A stretch of 64,000 bases of DNA from Octopus vulgaris (lineage: Eukaryota): assembly GCA_951406725.2 (NCBI GenBank), contig OX597814.1, positions 164,734,001-164,798,000 on the forward strand, read 5' to 3'. The translations under genes were made by a program, and so were the position numbers. A model generated the notes under the pieces. The model saw nothing but the letters and a program-made list of their open reading frames with translations, had not been told where the DNA came from and did no database searches. The first letter of the stretch is position 1, and every line of letters starts with the position of its first letter. Below are positions 1-17,486 of the stretch, piece after piece.

Positions 1-172
1 CCAGCATCGGTTGTCAAGCGATGTTGGGAGGACAAACACAGGCACAAACACATACACACACATACATATATATATACATATATACGACGGGCTTCTTTCA
101 GTTTCCGTCTACTAAATCCACTCACAAGGCTTTGGTCGGCCCGAGGCTACAGTAGAAGACACTTGCCCAAGG
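1..172 (-). mobile_element. SINE family A (tRNA-derived, internal microsatellite), partial
   Basis: Reverse complement of the central part of the full copy at 25289-25709 (ccttgggcaagtgtcttcta...gacaaccgatgctgg). Confidence 0.85.
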
Positions 173-341
173 TATATATATATATACATATATAAGTGTA
201 GAACTTAATATTATTAAATAATGCCAATTTGAACCAGTGGTGAGCATACGTAATAAAACATGGTGGGCCGGTTTAATGTCTATTTTTAGCCTACAAGGAA
301 TCTACTGAGAAGTCTCTCTTATTTATATTTGTATACATGTA

Positions 342-416
<75 letters not shown>

Positions 417-431
417 ATATATATATATATA

Positions 432-753
432 CAGGCGCATGGCTCAGTGGTTTGAGCGTCGAGGTTGTGAGTTCGAATCCTGGACCGGGCTGCGTGTTGT
501 GTTCTTCAGCAAGACACTTTATTTCACGTTGCTCCAGTTCACTCAGCTGTAGAAATGAGTTGTGACGTCACTGTATCGCCAAACTGTATCGGCCTTTGCC
601 TTTCCCTTGGATAACATCGGTGGCGTGGAGAGGGGAGGCTGGTATGCATGGGTGACTGCTGGTCTTCCATAAAACAACCTTGCCTGGACTTATACCTCTG
701 AGGGTAACTTTGTAGGTGCAATCCCTTGGTCATTCATGACCGAAGGGGGTCCC
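432..753 (+). mobile_element. SINE family C (tRNA-derived)
   Basis: Pol III A box tggctcagtgg, B box gttcgaatcc, central gcaagacactttatttcacgttgctccag domain; homologous to 62197-62535. Confidence 0.85.
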
Positions 754-775
754 CGATATATATATACATACACAT

Positions 776-1096
776 AGGCGCAGGAGTAGCTGTGTGGTAA
801 GAAGCTTGCTTCCCAACCACATAGTTCCGAGTTCAGTTCCACTGCGTGGCACATTGGGCAAGTATTTTCTACTATAGCCTCGGGACTTGTGTGTCTGTGT
901 TTGTCCCCCCACCCCACCGCACCACAATCGACGTTGGTGTGTTTACGTCCCCGTAATCTAGCGGTTCGGCAAAATAAACCGATAGAATAAGTACTAGGCG
1001 AACAAAGAAAAAGTCCTAGGATCGATTTGTTCGACTAAAGGTGGTACTCCAGTATGGCCGCTATCAAATGACTGAAACAAACAAAAGACTAAAAGA
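776..1096 (+). mobile_element. SINE family A, internally deleted
   Basis: Head ggcgcaggagtagctgtgtggtaag and tail caaatgactgaaac match 25289-25709. Confidence 0.85.
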
Positions 1097-1132
1097 ATAT
1101 ATACACGCACACATAATACATAAACACACACA

Positions 1133-1184
<52 letters not shown>

Positions 1185-1245
1185 TTTGACGAGTAAAAGT
1201 ATAATAGAAAGGAGTGGCTGTTCGATCCATAAGGGCGCGCACACA

Positions 1246-1279
<34 letters not shown>

Positions 1280-1419
1280 CATACATATATATACATATAT
1301 ATATACAAGCACATATACATACAAGCATACACTTTGCGCACACACGTGCACACTCACGTGCACACAGTTTATTCTAACAGAACATCCACGTTTAAGTGGG
1401 GATAAACATTACGTGTCTG

Positions 1420-1457
1420 AAGGTGTGTGTGTATGTGTTGTGTGTGTACCTGTGTGT

Positions 1458-1504
<47 letters not shown>

Positions 1505-1529
1505 TGTGTGTGTGTGTGTGTGTGTGTAC

Positions 1530-1571
<42 letters not shown>

Positions 1572-1671
1572 GCAGGAAGAAAGAACGGGAGAGAGAGAAA
1601 GGAGCAGAAAGAAAAGTTGACAGTATATGACGGAAGCAGAGCAGGAAGAGTGAATGAGTGAGGGCGAGCGA

Positions 1672-1715
<44 letters not shown>

Positions 1716-1776
1716 AAGCGAAAGAAAGAATGATAGAGAGAGAGAGAGAGAGAGAGCGAGAGAAAGAAAGAGAGAG
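1420..1776. repeat. (TG)n and (AG)n microsatellite block
   Basis: Direct dinucleotide runs. Confidence 0.95.
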
Positions 1777-2003
1777 ATGCTGTCAAGGCGGGAGGTGGAC
1801 GAAGCTGATATGAGAAAGCGACGGCGATGGAAGAGGATAAGCGGAACCAAACAAAAAGAAGACGCGAATGAACGGAGATGAAAGGGGATAGGATCGTAAT
1901 TTCAAGTGCAGGGCATGTGCTTGTGTATGTATTTGTGTGTGTGTGTGTGTGTGTGTGTTTCTGTATCTCTCATTCTTTCTCTGTCTGTCTGCCTATCTGT
2001 CTG

Positions 2004-2038
<35 letters not shown>

Positions 2039-2191
2039 ATATATATATGGTTGTGACTGCGTATGTGTGTACGCGTGCATGTGTGTGTGTATATATATCT
2101 GTATATGCGTTGGTGTATATGTCCTTGCACCTATGTTTACGTCTGAAGGATACGTGTTTACGTTTTATTTACGCGTGTCCGTAAAGCGCTT

Positions 2192-2555
2192 GCAGGCGTG
2201 GGATTGTGCTAACAATTCTGTTTCCCGACTACATGGTTCTGGGTTCGTCCCGCCGCGTTGCACCTTGCGTGTCTTTAACCAATCAAAGCTTTGTAAGTGG
2301 ATTTGACAGACGGAAACTGAATGAAGCCCGTTGTATACAAATATATATATATGAGTATGTATGCGTGTGTGTGCGTGTGTGTTTGTGTTTGTTGCTCACC
2401 ACTACTTGATAACCGGTGTTGGTCTGTTTACGTCACATAACCTAGCGGATCGACATATGGAAACTGACAGAATAAGACTCGATGTGTTCGACTAAAAAAT
2501 CTTTTGAAGGCGGTGTCCCAGCATGGCCGCTGTCTGATGACTGAAACAAGTAAAT
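2192..2555 (+). mobile_element. SINE family A, diverged
   Basis: gtggatttgacagacggaaactg and cagcatggccgc...gactgaaacaag motifs. Confidence 0.75.
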
Positions 2556-2920
2556 CTTTACGCGTGAACTTCTGTGTGTCATGTCTAGATTAGTACACAC
2601 ACACACACACACACACATAAACATACACACACATAAACACACACACACAAACAAACGCGCACACACGCAGACGTGCGCAGGTTCAATTTTTTTAATCAAT
2701 TTACAATCCAACACAGATCCGTTTTGTTGCAATTTTAAAAACAACCCATCGTTGTATCGAGATAATTCGTGATCAATAGCTCACAGCAATTTACCCTGTG
2801 TACAATGACTCCACTAAACCGGTCAGTCTAATTAGCATAACAGTACTTACCTTGGCCACATGGATTCATTCATTAATCAATTTGTGCCCTATACGACGTT
2901 TTTGATCATTTGAAATATCA

Positions 2921-2978
2921 TCAAAGGTACTTCTGATGAGTAAACAGTAAGGTTCGAAAATCGATTAAAGGTTCTTGA
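2921..2978 (+). ncRNA. Degenerate type I hammerhead ribozyme motif in a PLE-like remnant
   Basis: CTGATGA (2933) ... GAAA-atcgat-TA with palindromic helix III; helices I and II imperfect; a more decayed relative lies near 3890-3930. Confidence 0.5.
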
Positions 2979-3107
2979 TAATTTTTGTCAATCAACAGAG
3001 AAATAGCTAAATTAGTTCTGTTTATATATCTCCTTTATGTTTCGTATGTCATATTTTACCTCGATACTTTGTGGACTGAGATCCCCGTTGTCAAACCCCA
3101 GGTATTA

Positions 3108-3735
3108 AATCCTTTCTACTATAGGCTGAAATTTGGTGGGAGGAGGTGGGCAGTCAATTAAATCGGACCTAATCCGCAACTGGTACTTAATTCATCGACC
3201 TCGAAAGATTGAAAGGCAAAGTCGAACTCGGTGGAATTTGAACTCAGAACGTAAAGACAGACGAAATACCGCTTACCATTTCACCCGTGCTAACGGTTCT
3301 GCCAGCTCGCCGCCATGCTCCTAATATTTAATTCCTTATAGTCCATAGGGGGCTAAACATAGAGAGGACAAAAAATGGGCAGACAAAGGATTAAGTCGAT
3401 TACAGTGAAACCAGTGCGTAACTGGTACTTATTTAATCGACTCCGAAAGGATGAAAGAAAAGTCGACCCCGGCGGAATTTGAACTCAGAACGTAATGGCA
3501 GACGAAATACCCCTAAGCATTTCGCCCGGCGTGCTAACGATTCTACCAGCTCGCCGCCTTACCCTGATATTCTACTCTAGGCACAAGGCCCGAAATTTTT
3601 GTGGGAGGGGGGCCAGTCGATTAGATCGACCCCAGTACTCAACTAGCACTTAATTTATCGACCCCGAAAGGATGAAAGGCAAAGTCGACCTCGGTGGAAT
3701 TTGAACTCAGAACGTAAAGAGGAAATACCGCCTTG
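3108..3735 (-). mobile_element. Three adjacent SINE family B copies
   Basis: Repeated gaaaggcaaagtcgacctcgg...gaatttgaactcagaacgt and gccagctcgccgcc; B box agttcaaattcc on the minus strand. Confidence 0.9.
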
Positions 3736-4008
3736 CCCCTAATATTAAATAACATATTAAATGCTTATGGTATGCAAATTAATAGTACCAGTTTTCTTAG
3801 TTTCTAGATTTGTTTGTAGCTTCTAGATTTGAGTATATGAACAGGTTAGATGCTCATTTTTATGATGTTGGTCAAATTGATGTCGACACCTTTGATTAGA
3901 AGTCAATATGGTTCGAAAATCAATTAAAATTTTTCGTTGCCTTTTTTTTTTAAATTTTTGAAATGACTAAATTTGCTCTCTTTATAAATTTGATATATAG
4001 ATTACATA

Positions 4009-4420
4009 GGGCACTGTGCTGGCAGAATCGCTAGCACTCTGGACAAAATACTTAGCGGTATTTCGTCAGTCGCTACGTTCTGAGTTCAAATTCCGCCGAG
4101 ATCGACTTTGCCTTTCATCCTTTCGGGGTCGATTAAATAAGTACCAGTTACGCACTGGGGTCGATGTAATCGACTTAATCCGTTTGTCTGTCCTTGTTTG
4201 TCCCTCTGTGTGTAGCCCCTTGTGGGTAGTAAAGGAATAAGAATCGTTAGCACTCCGGGCAAACTGTTTAGTGGCATTTCTTCCGTCATGTCACTGAGGT
4301 TGACATTGCCTTTCATCCTTCCGGGAGCGATAAAATAAGTCCCAGCTGAGCAATAGGCTGGGTGTAATCGACTTATGCCACCCCACACAAGAAATTGCTT
4401 TGTGCCACAATTTGAAATCA
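4009..4420 (+). mobile_element. Two SINE family B copies in tandem
   Basis: gctggcagaatcg...gagttcaaattccgccgag...ttgtgggtagtaaag, then a second diverged copy. Confidence 0.85.
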
Positions 4421-4656
4421 ATATATAGGTTACATGTATAAATATGTGTGAATATATACGACGACGACGACGACCACGACCACCACACACATATTCGTGT
4501 ATGTGTGTGTGTATACGTAACATCCGGAACATTCATGACCATACTCTGCTTCTGTAAGTATATGCGTGTCTGTGTCTGTGTGTCTGTGTAAACACACACA
4601 CACACACATGTATGAGGAGGTTTGTAAGTAAACATAAACATATTTATAAAGATATT

Positions 4657-4815
4657 TACTCTTTTGCTCTTTTACTTGTCGTTTGAGTGTGACCATGCTG
4701 GAGCACCGCCTTTAGTCGAGCAAATCGACCCCGAGACTTATTCTGTTTGCCGAGGACGTAAACACACCAGCATCGGTTGTCAAGCGATGTTGGGGGAACA
4801 AACACAGACACACAA

Positions 4816-4890
<75 letters not shown>

Positions 4891-5052
4891 ACTGGCTTCT
4901 TTCAGTTTCCGTCTACCAAATCCACTCACAAGGCTTTGGTCGGTCCGAGGCTATAGTAGAAGACACTTGCCCAAGGTGCCACGCAGTGGGACTGAACACC
5001 CAACCATGTGGTTGGTAAGCAATCTACTTACCACACAGCCACTCCTACGCCT
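4657..5052 (-). mobile_element. SINE family A with expanded internal (CA)n
   Basis: Near full-length reverse-complement match to 25289-25709. Confidence 0.9.
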
Positions 5053-5597
5053 ATATTTATTTATAAACATAAACATATTTATGTCAAATCGCTATTAGAC
5101 GCTACTGTAACATATAGCACCTAATGATCAGGTCGTGGCCGACTTAATAGGCGCTGACGCAAGATTGAGGACGTCAGCAAGACAAAACAATACCCGCCAA
5201 AACGGCAGTTGGACTTATAACAGAAAAGGTGAAGGACTCTGGAAATATCGCTCAATAGAATCGGGGTGATTGTGCCGTAAAATAATAGAGCCGAGTTTCG
5301 ACCGCTTACAGCAGATGTAAAGACCAGGTGGTGTCTGACGCGGGATAATTCACTGCATGGGCGGAGAGCATCTGCTCAAAAGTATGTCGGAGACAGTAAG
5401 TTTCTATACATGCATGCCTCCATAATGCACACTTTCAGGCATGCGCATGTGCGCACACACACTCGCACATATATACATACATTTATGTATAAAAGTGAAT
5501 AGCTTAGTATGATTATAAATATATACATAGAAACATGCACTCACACACACACCGATATATATATATATATATATATCATTTAAAGGTTTTAGCAATA

Positions 5598-5650
<53 letters not shown>

Positions 5651-5679
5651 CAGCTTTATTTAAAAGCAGCAGAAATTCA

Positions 5680-5730
5680 ACAAAAGCTGTTACTCGGAGT
5701 TTCTCGTTCCCGTTCGTCGGACAGTTTTGT
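5680..5730 (-). ncRNA. Type I hammerhead motif (C4 variant) in a ~160-bp element within (TA)n
   Basis: Minus strand acaaaactgt-CCGACGA-acgggaacga-GAAA-ctccgag-TA-acagcttttgt; helix I about 10 bp with one bulge. Confidence 0.65.
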
Positions 5731-5806
5731 TAAAGCATATTACTCTACCCCTGGTATTTGAGTACTCTTTTTTCCACTTTGTTTCACATTTATGTATCTA
5801 CTCTGG

Positions 5807-5860
<54 letters not shown>

Positions 5861-6133
5861 TGTATGTATGTATGTATGTATGTATGTATGTATGTGTGTT
5901 TGTGTGTGTATGCGTCTGTGCATATATGAATATATATAATACATATATGCATTTATATTCACATACACACACACAAAAAAAATAGAGAGAGAGAGGGGGG
6001 GAGAAAGAGAGACGTCATAAGAATGTAGCAACTTCGAGAGATCGTGAAATAATTTTTTTAACAATGTTGAAACTTGAAACAGATAAAGCTATAAATTATA
6101 GCGTGTAAATTTTCGAAAAATAAGGAATTAGTC

Positions 6134-7593
<1,460 letters not shown>

Positions 7594-7604
7594 TATTATT
7601 AATA

Positions 7605-7635
<31 letters not shown>

Positions 7636-7644
7636 TATTATTAC

Positions 7645-9766
<2,122 letters not shown>

Positions 9767-10168
9767 CAGTATGTGATAGTTTCAGGCAGATTTCTATTGC
9801 ATCAACTGCTACAACTCTGTGTTGCTGGGCTATGTGCGGCATTGTGTACTCTTTGTTGTTTGGGGAGTGCAAGCGATTCCTGATATTGTATTGCGTCACA
9901 TTCTTTTCTTATGGAATTTGCTGTAGTCTTTTGTTGTATTAGTGTTTGCACTGTGCGTTGTGTGTGTAATACGAGTTGTGTTCTTCTGTTGGGTATGCAG
10001 CTTGTTGGTGGGTGTTTATTTTATTGTATATTTTGTATCTAAAGTGTATCTGTATTTGTGTATTGTTTTGTTTGGGTTGTATTAACGGTTTGATAATGTC
10101 TTGTATAGCATGTGAGCTGTTTCTAGCATGGTTATTTTCAGGATAGTGTGTAGTGTTGAGGATCCAGG
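9767..10168 (-). mobile_element. 3' end and 3' UTR of another R4/Dong-like LINE
   Basis: Minus PGSSTLHTILKITMLETAHMLYKTLSNR* resembles the ORF end seen at 38980-39061; the UTR ends in (TAA)n. Confidence 0.6.
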
Positions 10169-10173
10169 TATAG

Positions 10174-10279
<106 letters not shown>

Positions 10280-10313
10280 ACATACATACATACATATATA
10301 TAAAGTACTTGCG

Positions 10314-10351
10314 CACCTGAAGAACTACGTTGCGTAGAAACAATTGTAGTG
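10314..10351 (+). ncRNA. Minimal type I hammerhead motif
   Basis: cac-CTGAAGA-ac-tacg/ttg/cgta-GAAA-caattg-TA-gtg; canonical core, palindromic helix III, only 3-bp helix I. Confidence 0.65.
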
Positions 10352-10402
10352 ATTAAAAATATATGCCCAACCGTACTCCTTGTTGACTCCAAATTTTTTC
10401 AA

Positions 10403-10514
<112 letters not shown>

Positions 10515-12149
10515 GTATATATATATATACGTATGTATATTCCTATGTATGTCTTTATTTTTCATTACTATTAATACTCAATCTTTTTGTGGTATTCATC
10601 ATGTATTTCTTCTAAGCCTTTGCTTAGATATGCCAGAAAATTTTGTCTTCTTATATGAGGTCATCAGGAAGAGTATTTCTTCAAAAGTTCACTACCAGCC
10701 CGCAGAATGTTTAAAGTATTCATTATTGTTGTTACATTTTAGCAGGTGCTATTAGTTATATCGTACAATGGATACATAGTGACAAAATGGTAAAGTGTCC
10801 GCTTTTAGAAATCGTGAGGTCCCTAGTTCCATCCCCGTTTGTGGAATCCTGGGTAACAGTTATTTTTGATAGTTCTAGATTGATCCAATCCTTGTAAGTG
10901 AAAATTTGTACACAATATTTCTACCGGAACTCTGCGTTCTGATTTCAAATGTTGCCAAGGTTAAGTCAGCTTGTTATCCTTCTTCGGTCGAATTATAAAG
11001 CTCCAGTCGAGTACTGGATTCCATTCTTTTCTGTCTTCTCTCGTAATCGGCTACGTGACACTGTGTACGGTTGTAGAAAGACTACTAACGGTATGCCGTT
11101 TTTCAGAAGAGGCTAGCATTCTCTGTTCATGGATAAAAACCGACCGATATGACACTGACCCCTTCTAATAACATTGATGCGCAGGACAACACGAAATGAA
11201 AATAATGGAAAGATAAAGAGATACAAAAATAGGTATCGATATACTGAACAACGAATACAAAATATGCCTTAATGAATTGAAATTTCCATAGTAGTTGAGG
11301 AAAAAGCGATGTGACAGCAATCGTTAGCGAGTCACAAAGAAAGGGGGAAATTTTCGAAGGCATTAGAAAAGAAAGTCTTCATTATTCGGCACGACTATGA
11401 TAAACATTTTCGATTCCTCACTCGAAAATTAAATTAAAACCTTCATATTTACGTCTATAGGTATCACAGTCATCTTTGGGTCATATTTCTTCAGAAAAAT
11501 TTAAAGCGATTGAGGTCGTTGACCTCTTGCGTAACACACAACACACAGCAAAATGTATTGCATGCGGCTAACCAAATTGGTGATCACAGTTATTGTGCAT
11601 TGCAAAGTTCACTACCACAGCTGATGGGAAACAAAAACCGATACTTCTTTGCTTTGAAAAAAATAAGAAATATTAAATTCTGGCCTTCTTTTGAACATCA
11701 ATCGGCAGAGCTTCAGAAGTCATCATTATCCAGCCTTCAGAACTTCAGAGCTTCAGAAGTCATCTCTATTCACTTTGTAGGACTTAGGAAAGGTTTACAG
11801 TTTTGGACTGTGTATTGATATTCAAATATCGGTGTTTGTTTAGTACGATGTTCATCTCAAGATAAACTAAATATTGATCGGGCATTTAGTTGGCTGACAA
11901 TTTTAGGGCATAAACTTTAAAAAAATTCTTTTATAGTATAAATGAACAAGAGCCATTGCATGTGATGGATCTTATTTTTCGTAATGTATAGCTATTATCT
12001 CTCAAAGACTTTCTGATTAACCAGCGAGGGAGTCTTTACATAGTCACTCGGCATATTAGAAATAGTGAGCCAAAATCCTCTAAAAGGTCATACACAACCT
12101 AATAAATCGTTTTTAACGGTGGAACTCGAAGTAGATTAAACTTTAAAAC

Positions 12150-12305
12150 AATCCTTTCTACTATAAACACAAGATGTGAAATATTGTGGGAGGGGACTAG
12201 TCGATTACATCAACCACAGGGCTTGACTGGTACTTATTTCACCAAGTCCGTAAAGATGAAAGGCAAAGTCTTTTGTCCGGCGTGCTAACAATTCAATCGG
12301 CTTAC
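12150..12305 (-). mobile_element. SINE family B, diverged
   Basis: tagtcgattacatc...actggtacttat...gatgaaaggcaaagtc. Confidence 0.7.
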
Positions 12306-12827
12306 CAACTTAAATAAAGCTGTAAATAGTAGTTGTAGAATATTGGGCTAAAAGTCATTATACTGCTCAAGGACCATTGGAAGCACATCTAAACCATAGA
12401 AAATGTAAATTCAAGTCCTACGAGTAACTTTCCCCATTTTATCTATCCAAGGCCATTTTTTTTTGTAACTCATCATTCTACATGATATTATTTATAACTT
12501 TATCTACTTTTATTTCTACTGCAAAAAAAAAAAAGAAAAAACATTCTCAAGGCGGTGCCCCAGCATGGCCACAGTCAAACAAGTAAAAAATGAAAGAATA
12601 TCACTCAAAGTCTAAAAAGAAAAGTGGAATAAAGTTCTTTTACTGCACACGATATACACAACTTTTTTTTTATAAATGGACACATTGAATAAAATAATTC
12701 TAGAATGCACATTCTAAAAGGAAGGTTTGACAACACTAGAATGACTTTCATTGTAGGGTTGCTCTTTTAGAACTCACCTTGGGCTAAACCAACAACTACC
12801 CTTTTCCTTATTGGCCTGGAGTAGTTT

Positions 12828-13352
12828 TGGTTCTTTTCTGCTTGACCGCACCTATGGAGATTTCAAAGATTAGTGAAAATGTTAAAATTAGGTATATTGA
12901 TGTGATTTTCCATGCTGAATTTCAGGGGGCTAATTCACTTTTTCCAGAAAATAAAAAAAAAGTTGCAGAGGTTCAGAGTATTATAATTTTTACCCAATCA
13001 GAAAACAGGATTTGAAAGCTGTCATTTTGTGCGTGAATGCGCGTGCTGTCAACGTTAAACAAATGAAATATTGTCATACTTCATGTGTTTTAAGCATTTA
13101 ATAAGCAAAAAAGGACCACGTGGGTAAGCAGCTTGGCAACAGCTTAGCTTCTTACTGTGGAAATAGGCACGTGTATGTCAGTGATTTTTGATTGGCTAAA
13201 ATTACTCCAAATTTGCAAACTTTAAAGGCATGACGAAAATAAATTTCATGTCACTGATTACCAAACGAAACTACTTCAATAGACCAAATATGAAATCAGT
13301 TGGAACAAAAACTGAAGAAACGGAAAAGTGGGAGTCAAACAGAAAAGATCCC
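12828..13352. mobile_element. Non-autonomous DNA transposon (MITE) with ~19-bp imperfect TIRs
   Basis: ggttcttttctgcttgac ... gtcaaacagaaaagatcc; superfamily not determined. Confidence 0.6.
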
Positions 13353-13483
13353 CAGTCTTAAGTGCTCTTTGGTAATTATGATACCTCCTCTACAAGCGGA
13401 GATGATGTTGGTAGAACAAGTATTTCTGTTGTGTGGTATTTGATATGCATGTATTAGAATTGTCAATATCATTGAACGGAATA

Positions 13484-13660
13484 AGGCGGTGAGCTGGCAG
13501 AATCGCTACCGTACTGTAAAAAATGCTTAGTGACATTTATCCGACTTTACGTTCTGAGCTCAAATGTCACCGTGGTCCCCTTTGCCTCTCATCATTTCGG
13601 AGTCGATAAAATAAGTACCAGTTAATCACTGGGTTCGATGTTGTCGACTTGCCTCCTGAC
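13484..13660 (+). mobile_element. SINE family B
   Basis: ggcggtgagctggcagaatcg...gtcgataaaataagtaccag. Confidence 0.8.
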
Positions 13661-13749
13661 CCCGGACTTCCTGGTGTTGTACCAAAATTTGAAATCAATA
13701 TCATTCAACGGAATAATCTCATTACGTCTTCGCTACCATAACCACACCA

Positions 13750-14025
13750 CACCAGCTAACAAGGGCTACTACATGGTCACTCAACCTACTAGAAACAATA
13801 GCTTAGTTTTCTTTAAATCACATTCTACCGTCTTAATAATTTCACGTTGGGTAACACCGGTCAGAATTCCCTGCATATACAAAGAAAGAAAAAAATAGAA
13901 AGTAGTAATAACAATAATAAATAAAGACAGGATGGTCACAAGCGAAATGTCTTTGTTGTAAGATCTGTTTAGTCAGTACTAACCTAGGGGTTAAACAGCA
14001 ATAAGAACAACAACAACAACAACAC
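13750..14025 (+). repeat. Interspersed repeat family F ending in (CAA)n
   Basis: catggtcactcaacctactagaaa...ggatggtcac motifs; diverged relatives near 12030-12100, 49470-49670, 49950-50110, 57870-57970 and 58440-58610. Confidence 0.5.
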
Positions 14026-14579
14026 CACCACCACCACCACCACCACCACATACAACAACTACCACCACCACCACCACCACCACCACCACCACCACCATCA
14101 CCACCTCCACCACCATCACCAACATTATTGCCACCACCTCTATAATATCCTCACAAAAATTAAAAAAAAGGCAATCACACTCTCTTTGTACTAATCTGAC
14201 TACACCCACACTTCCAGCATCACCTTCTGTCCAAACCAACCGTTCGACTCAAATGATAGGAAGTAGAATTTTTAGCATATTTTTGTCGGCCGGCAATTGA
14301 TATCAAGTATTCCGTCGGTGTGTGTGAGTGGAGGAGGGGGAGGAGAAGTGTAGTGACTAAGTGAGTGGGAGGATTCGCCCCCTCCTACCTTCTCTAACCT
14401 TATTCTTGAAAGCAAACTACACTTATCACAAATGTCTGTCTAAGGAGTTCATGTTTACAGACGAAGTTGCTGTCAGCTCACTATTGTTTGTCGTCTGCCA
14501 ACAGTCAAAACTGTCGGTGATGGGGCGAATATATATGTATATATATTATATATACATTATATATTATATATATATGATG

Positions 14580-14613
<34 letters not shown>

Positions 14614-14696
14614 AGTGTATGATGTATGCATATATATATATATATATGCATATATACATACATATATGTACATACTTACATATATATATGTATATA

Positions 14697-14870
14697 CATA
14701 TATGGGTACAGGACGTAATAAAACGTAAACAACATGAAATACGAAATACGAAAACATGGAATACAAACTTTTTTTGGAAACAACGAAAGAAACAAATGCT
14801 TCGTATTCCATGTTTTCGTATTTCATGTTTCATGTTGTTTAATCTTTATGATGTCCTGCAACCATATATG
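14697..14870. repeat. Fold-back element, ~68-bp inverted arms, embedded in microsatellite
   Basis: catgaaatacgaaatacgaaaacatggaatac / gtattccatgttttcgtatttcatgtttcatg. Confidence 0.85.
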
Positions 14871-14920
14871 CATATGTATATATGTACGTATGTATATATA
14901 TATATATACGTATGTATATA

Positions 14921-15016
<96 letters not shown>

Positions 15017-16446
15017 CATATATATATAATTTATTATATGATTGAGCGCCACGCATTCATTTCCAAGTTAGCTTTACACACACACACACACACACGCACG
15101 CACACACACACACATATATATTTATATATATATACACACATACATACTCACATACATACATACATACATATATACATACATATAGATATATTTTACATGC
15201 ATATATACATACATACATACACACACATATATACACACACACACAAACACACATGTATAATGTTAGGATATTTTTTAGAAAGTTTTTTTTTATATAAACT
15301 ATGTAATTTTTAATTATTAATCTTTGATTTTTAGTAATGATTATTATAAATAATTAATGCAATGTAATTTATATTATTTGCTATTTGACTAGAGATGATA
15401 AAGTATTTTAAATATATTATTTTGCTATCTACCGATAGATAAATAGCGTACTGTTATTATAATGGCATGTATTTTTTAATATGTAAGAATGAAAAGGATA
15501 TTTCTTATATCACATGGTTTTTAAAAAATATTTTTTAAAATATTAAAAAAAATATTGTTCCTGGTATTTAAAAAAACTAATGCATTAAGATATATTTAGA
15601 TTAAAATATTTAATGTTATACAAATATATTTTATGACAGTTATATTGGTTTATTTTTCATATTTTATTTTTTAATTTTTATCTTTGTTTTTGCTTTTAAT
15701 TATTGACACTCACGCTTGAAAAAAATATATATTAAAATTCAGTCATTTCTTGGATCTGCATATCCACATATATCAAAAATTACACCGAAGAGATGCTTAC
15801 CCCCAAATATTTTATTATGGGTAAGAATCGAAACAACTGTATGTAATTTGTATTTAATATTCGACGAGCAAAGTCTTAGAAACTAGTCTCTGAGAGCAGG
15901 CTTAGCTGGGTTGAGGTGCTTATCTCCCCCTTGCAAACATAAGGACACAGGAAATGTGTCAAGGCCAACAAGAAGCGTTGCTGCTTCCTAGGGCTAAATA
16001 GCAGTAGTATGATTCCATTTATGGGACTGTCACATTAAGTTGACAGTATACAACTAATTTATTATATTATATTATTGTAAGAATATAATACAATATATTA
16101 TTTTCATAAATTTTAATTTTTTAATTGACTATTGTATATCTCCATTTTCTATGCACTTTTATAAATTTAATATATACCAGTGTGGATTGGAAGGTTTTCC
16201 TCTACTAAATTGGGTATTAAGCAGTGGAGCCAGTGAAAGATTGGATGTTTTCATCCCTATTTTCCTAGCCGGGTATCTCTGCTAGTATATCATATATATA
16301 TACACATATATGTACATGTATATTCATACATACATGCGTATGTACACACACGCGTACATCCATCCATATATGTATATATATATACATGCATACGTACGTG
16401 TATAAATATTCACATACAAAAATATATCTTTCAAATGCTTACACAT

Positions 16447-16487
16447 ATAGTTTCCGACGAAGAGCTATGCTCGAAACGTCAAACTGT
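16447..16487 (+). ncRNA. Minimal type I hammerhead (C4 variant, GUC site) in a PLE-terminal-repeat-like element (~16420-16590)
   Basis: atagttt-CCGACGA-a-gagc/tat/gctc-GAAA-cg-TC-aaactgt; 7-bp helix I. Confidence 0.7.
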
Positions 16488-16586
16488 TACTTTTTACCGA
16501 GCATCAAGCTAATACATTTCTTGTGCATGTCCTCTTGTTGTTTGTTAGTTTTATTATTCGTTTATTTGAATTGTTTATTTGATTTG

Positions 16587-16636
<50 letters not shown>

Positions 16637-17448
16637 CATAATATCTGTCTATCTCTCTATTTATCTATTTCTCTCTATATATGTATATTTACAAACATAT
16701 ACATGTATGTATGTATGTATGTATGTATGTGTGTGTATGTGTGTGCGTAAGCATGCATATGTATACACACATTTAACGAAAATGAGCTACTTAGAAAATA
16801 ACTCAGTGACCAATGGCATGTATTTGAACAAGAAATACAAATAGAGATAGATTAAATACCGTGCAAGATAAATTTTCGATTTATTAAAATTATCTTCTCT
16901 TCCAAGAATGGTAGAAGAATCAGTTGGGACAATCTCTAACTCCAAGTGAGAAGAAAATGAAATCTCAAGTACAAAGAATCTTCAACACTGGCATACCTTC
17001 AACGAAAAGACAGTCTGCTTGTCTGTTGACAAGATGATACCTGTGAACACTAACGTTTCAGCCTCAGAAGACCTCATTATCAAAGCAGTAGTCCTCACAC
17101 GCGCGCAATTACACAAGTGTTTATATATAAACACATATATAGATAGCTATAAATCTTGATATATACTGTATATAGTTACATATTTTACATCCTTTTTCTG
17201 TTACTTGTTTCAGTTATTAGACTACTACTATGCTGGAAAAAGCTCCTTGAAATGTTTAGTTGAACAAATCGATCAAAGTACATGTTTAAAGTCTGGTACT
17301 TACTATATCGTTCTCTTTTTGTCGAACTGCTTGATTAGGGGGGCATAAACAAAACAACACCGGTTGTCAAGTGGTGGTAAGGGACAAACACGAAGGCAAA
17401 CACGAAGACAAACAGGAAGGACTAACACGACGACACGCATACGGTCCT

Positions 17449-17486
17449 CTATGTTGCGTGCTGTGGAGACACAGCACGCAACATAG
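17449..17486. repeat. Perfect 17-bp hairpin with GAGA loop
   Basis: ctatgttgcgtgctgtg-gaga-cacagcacgcaacatag. Confidence 0.9.

Noticed and set aside
432-490. tRNA gene
   Set aside because: The A and B boxes belong to SINE heads; there is no complete cloverleaf and the sequence continues into SINE body.
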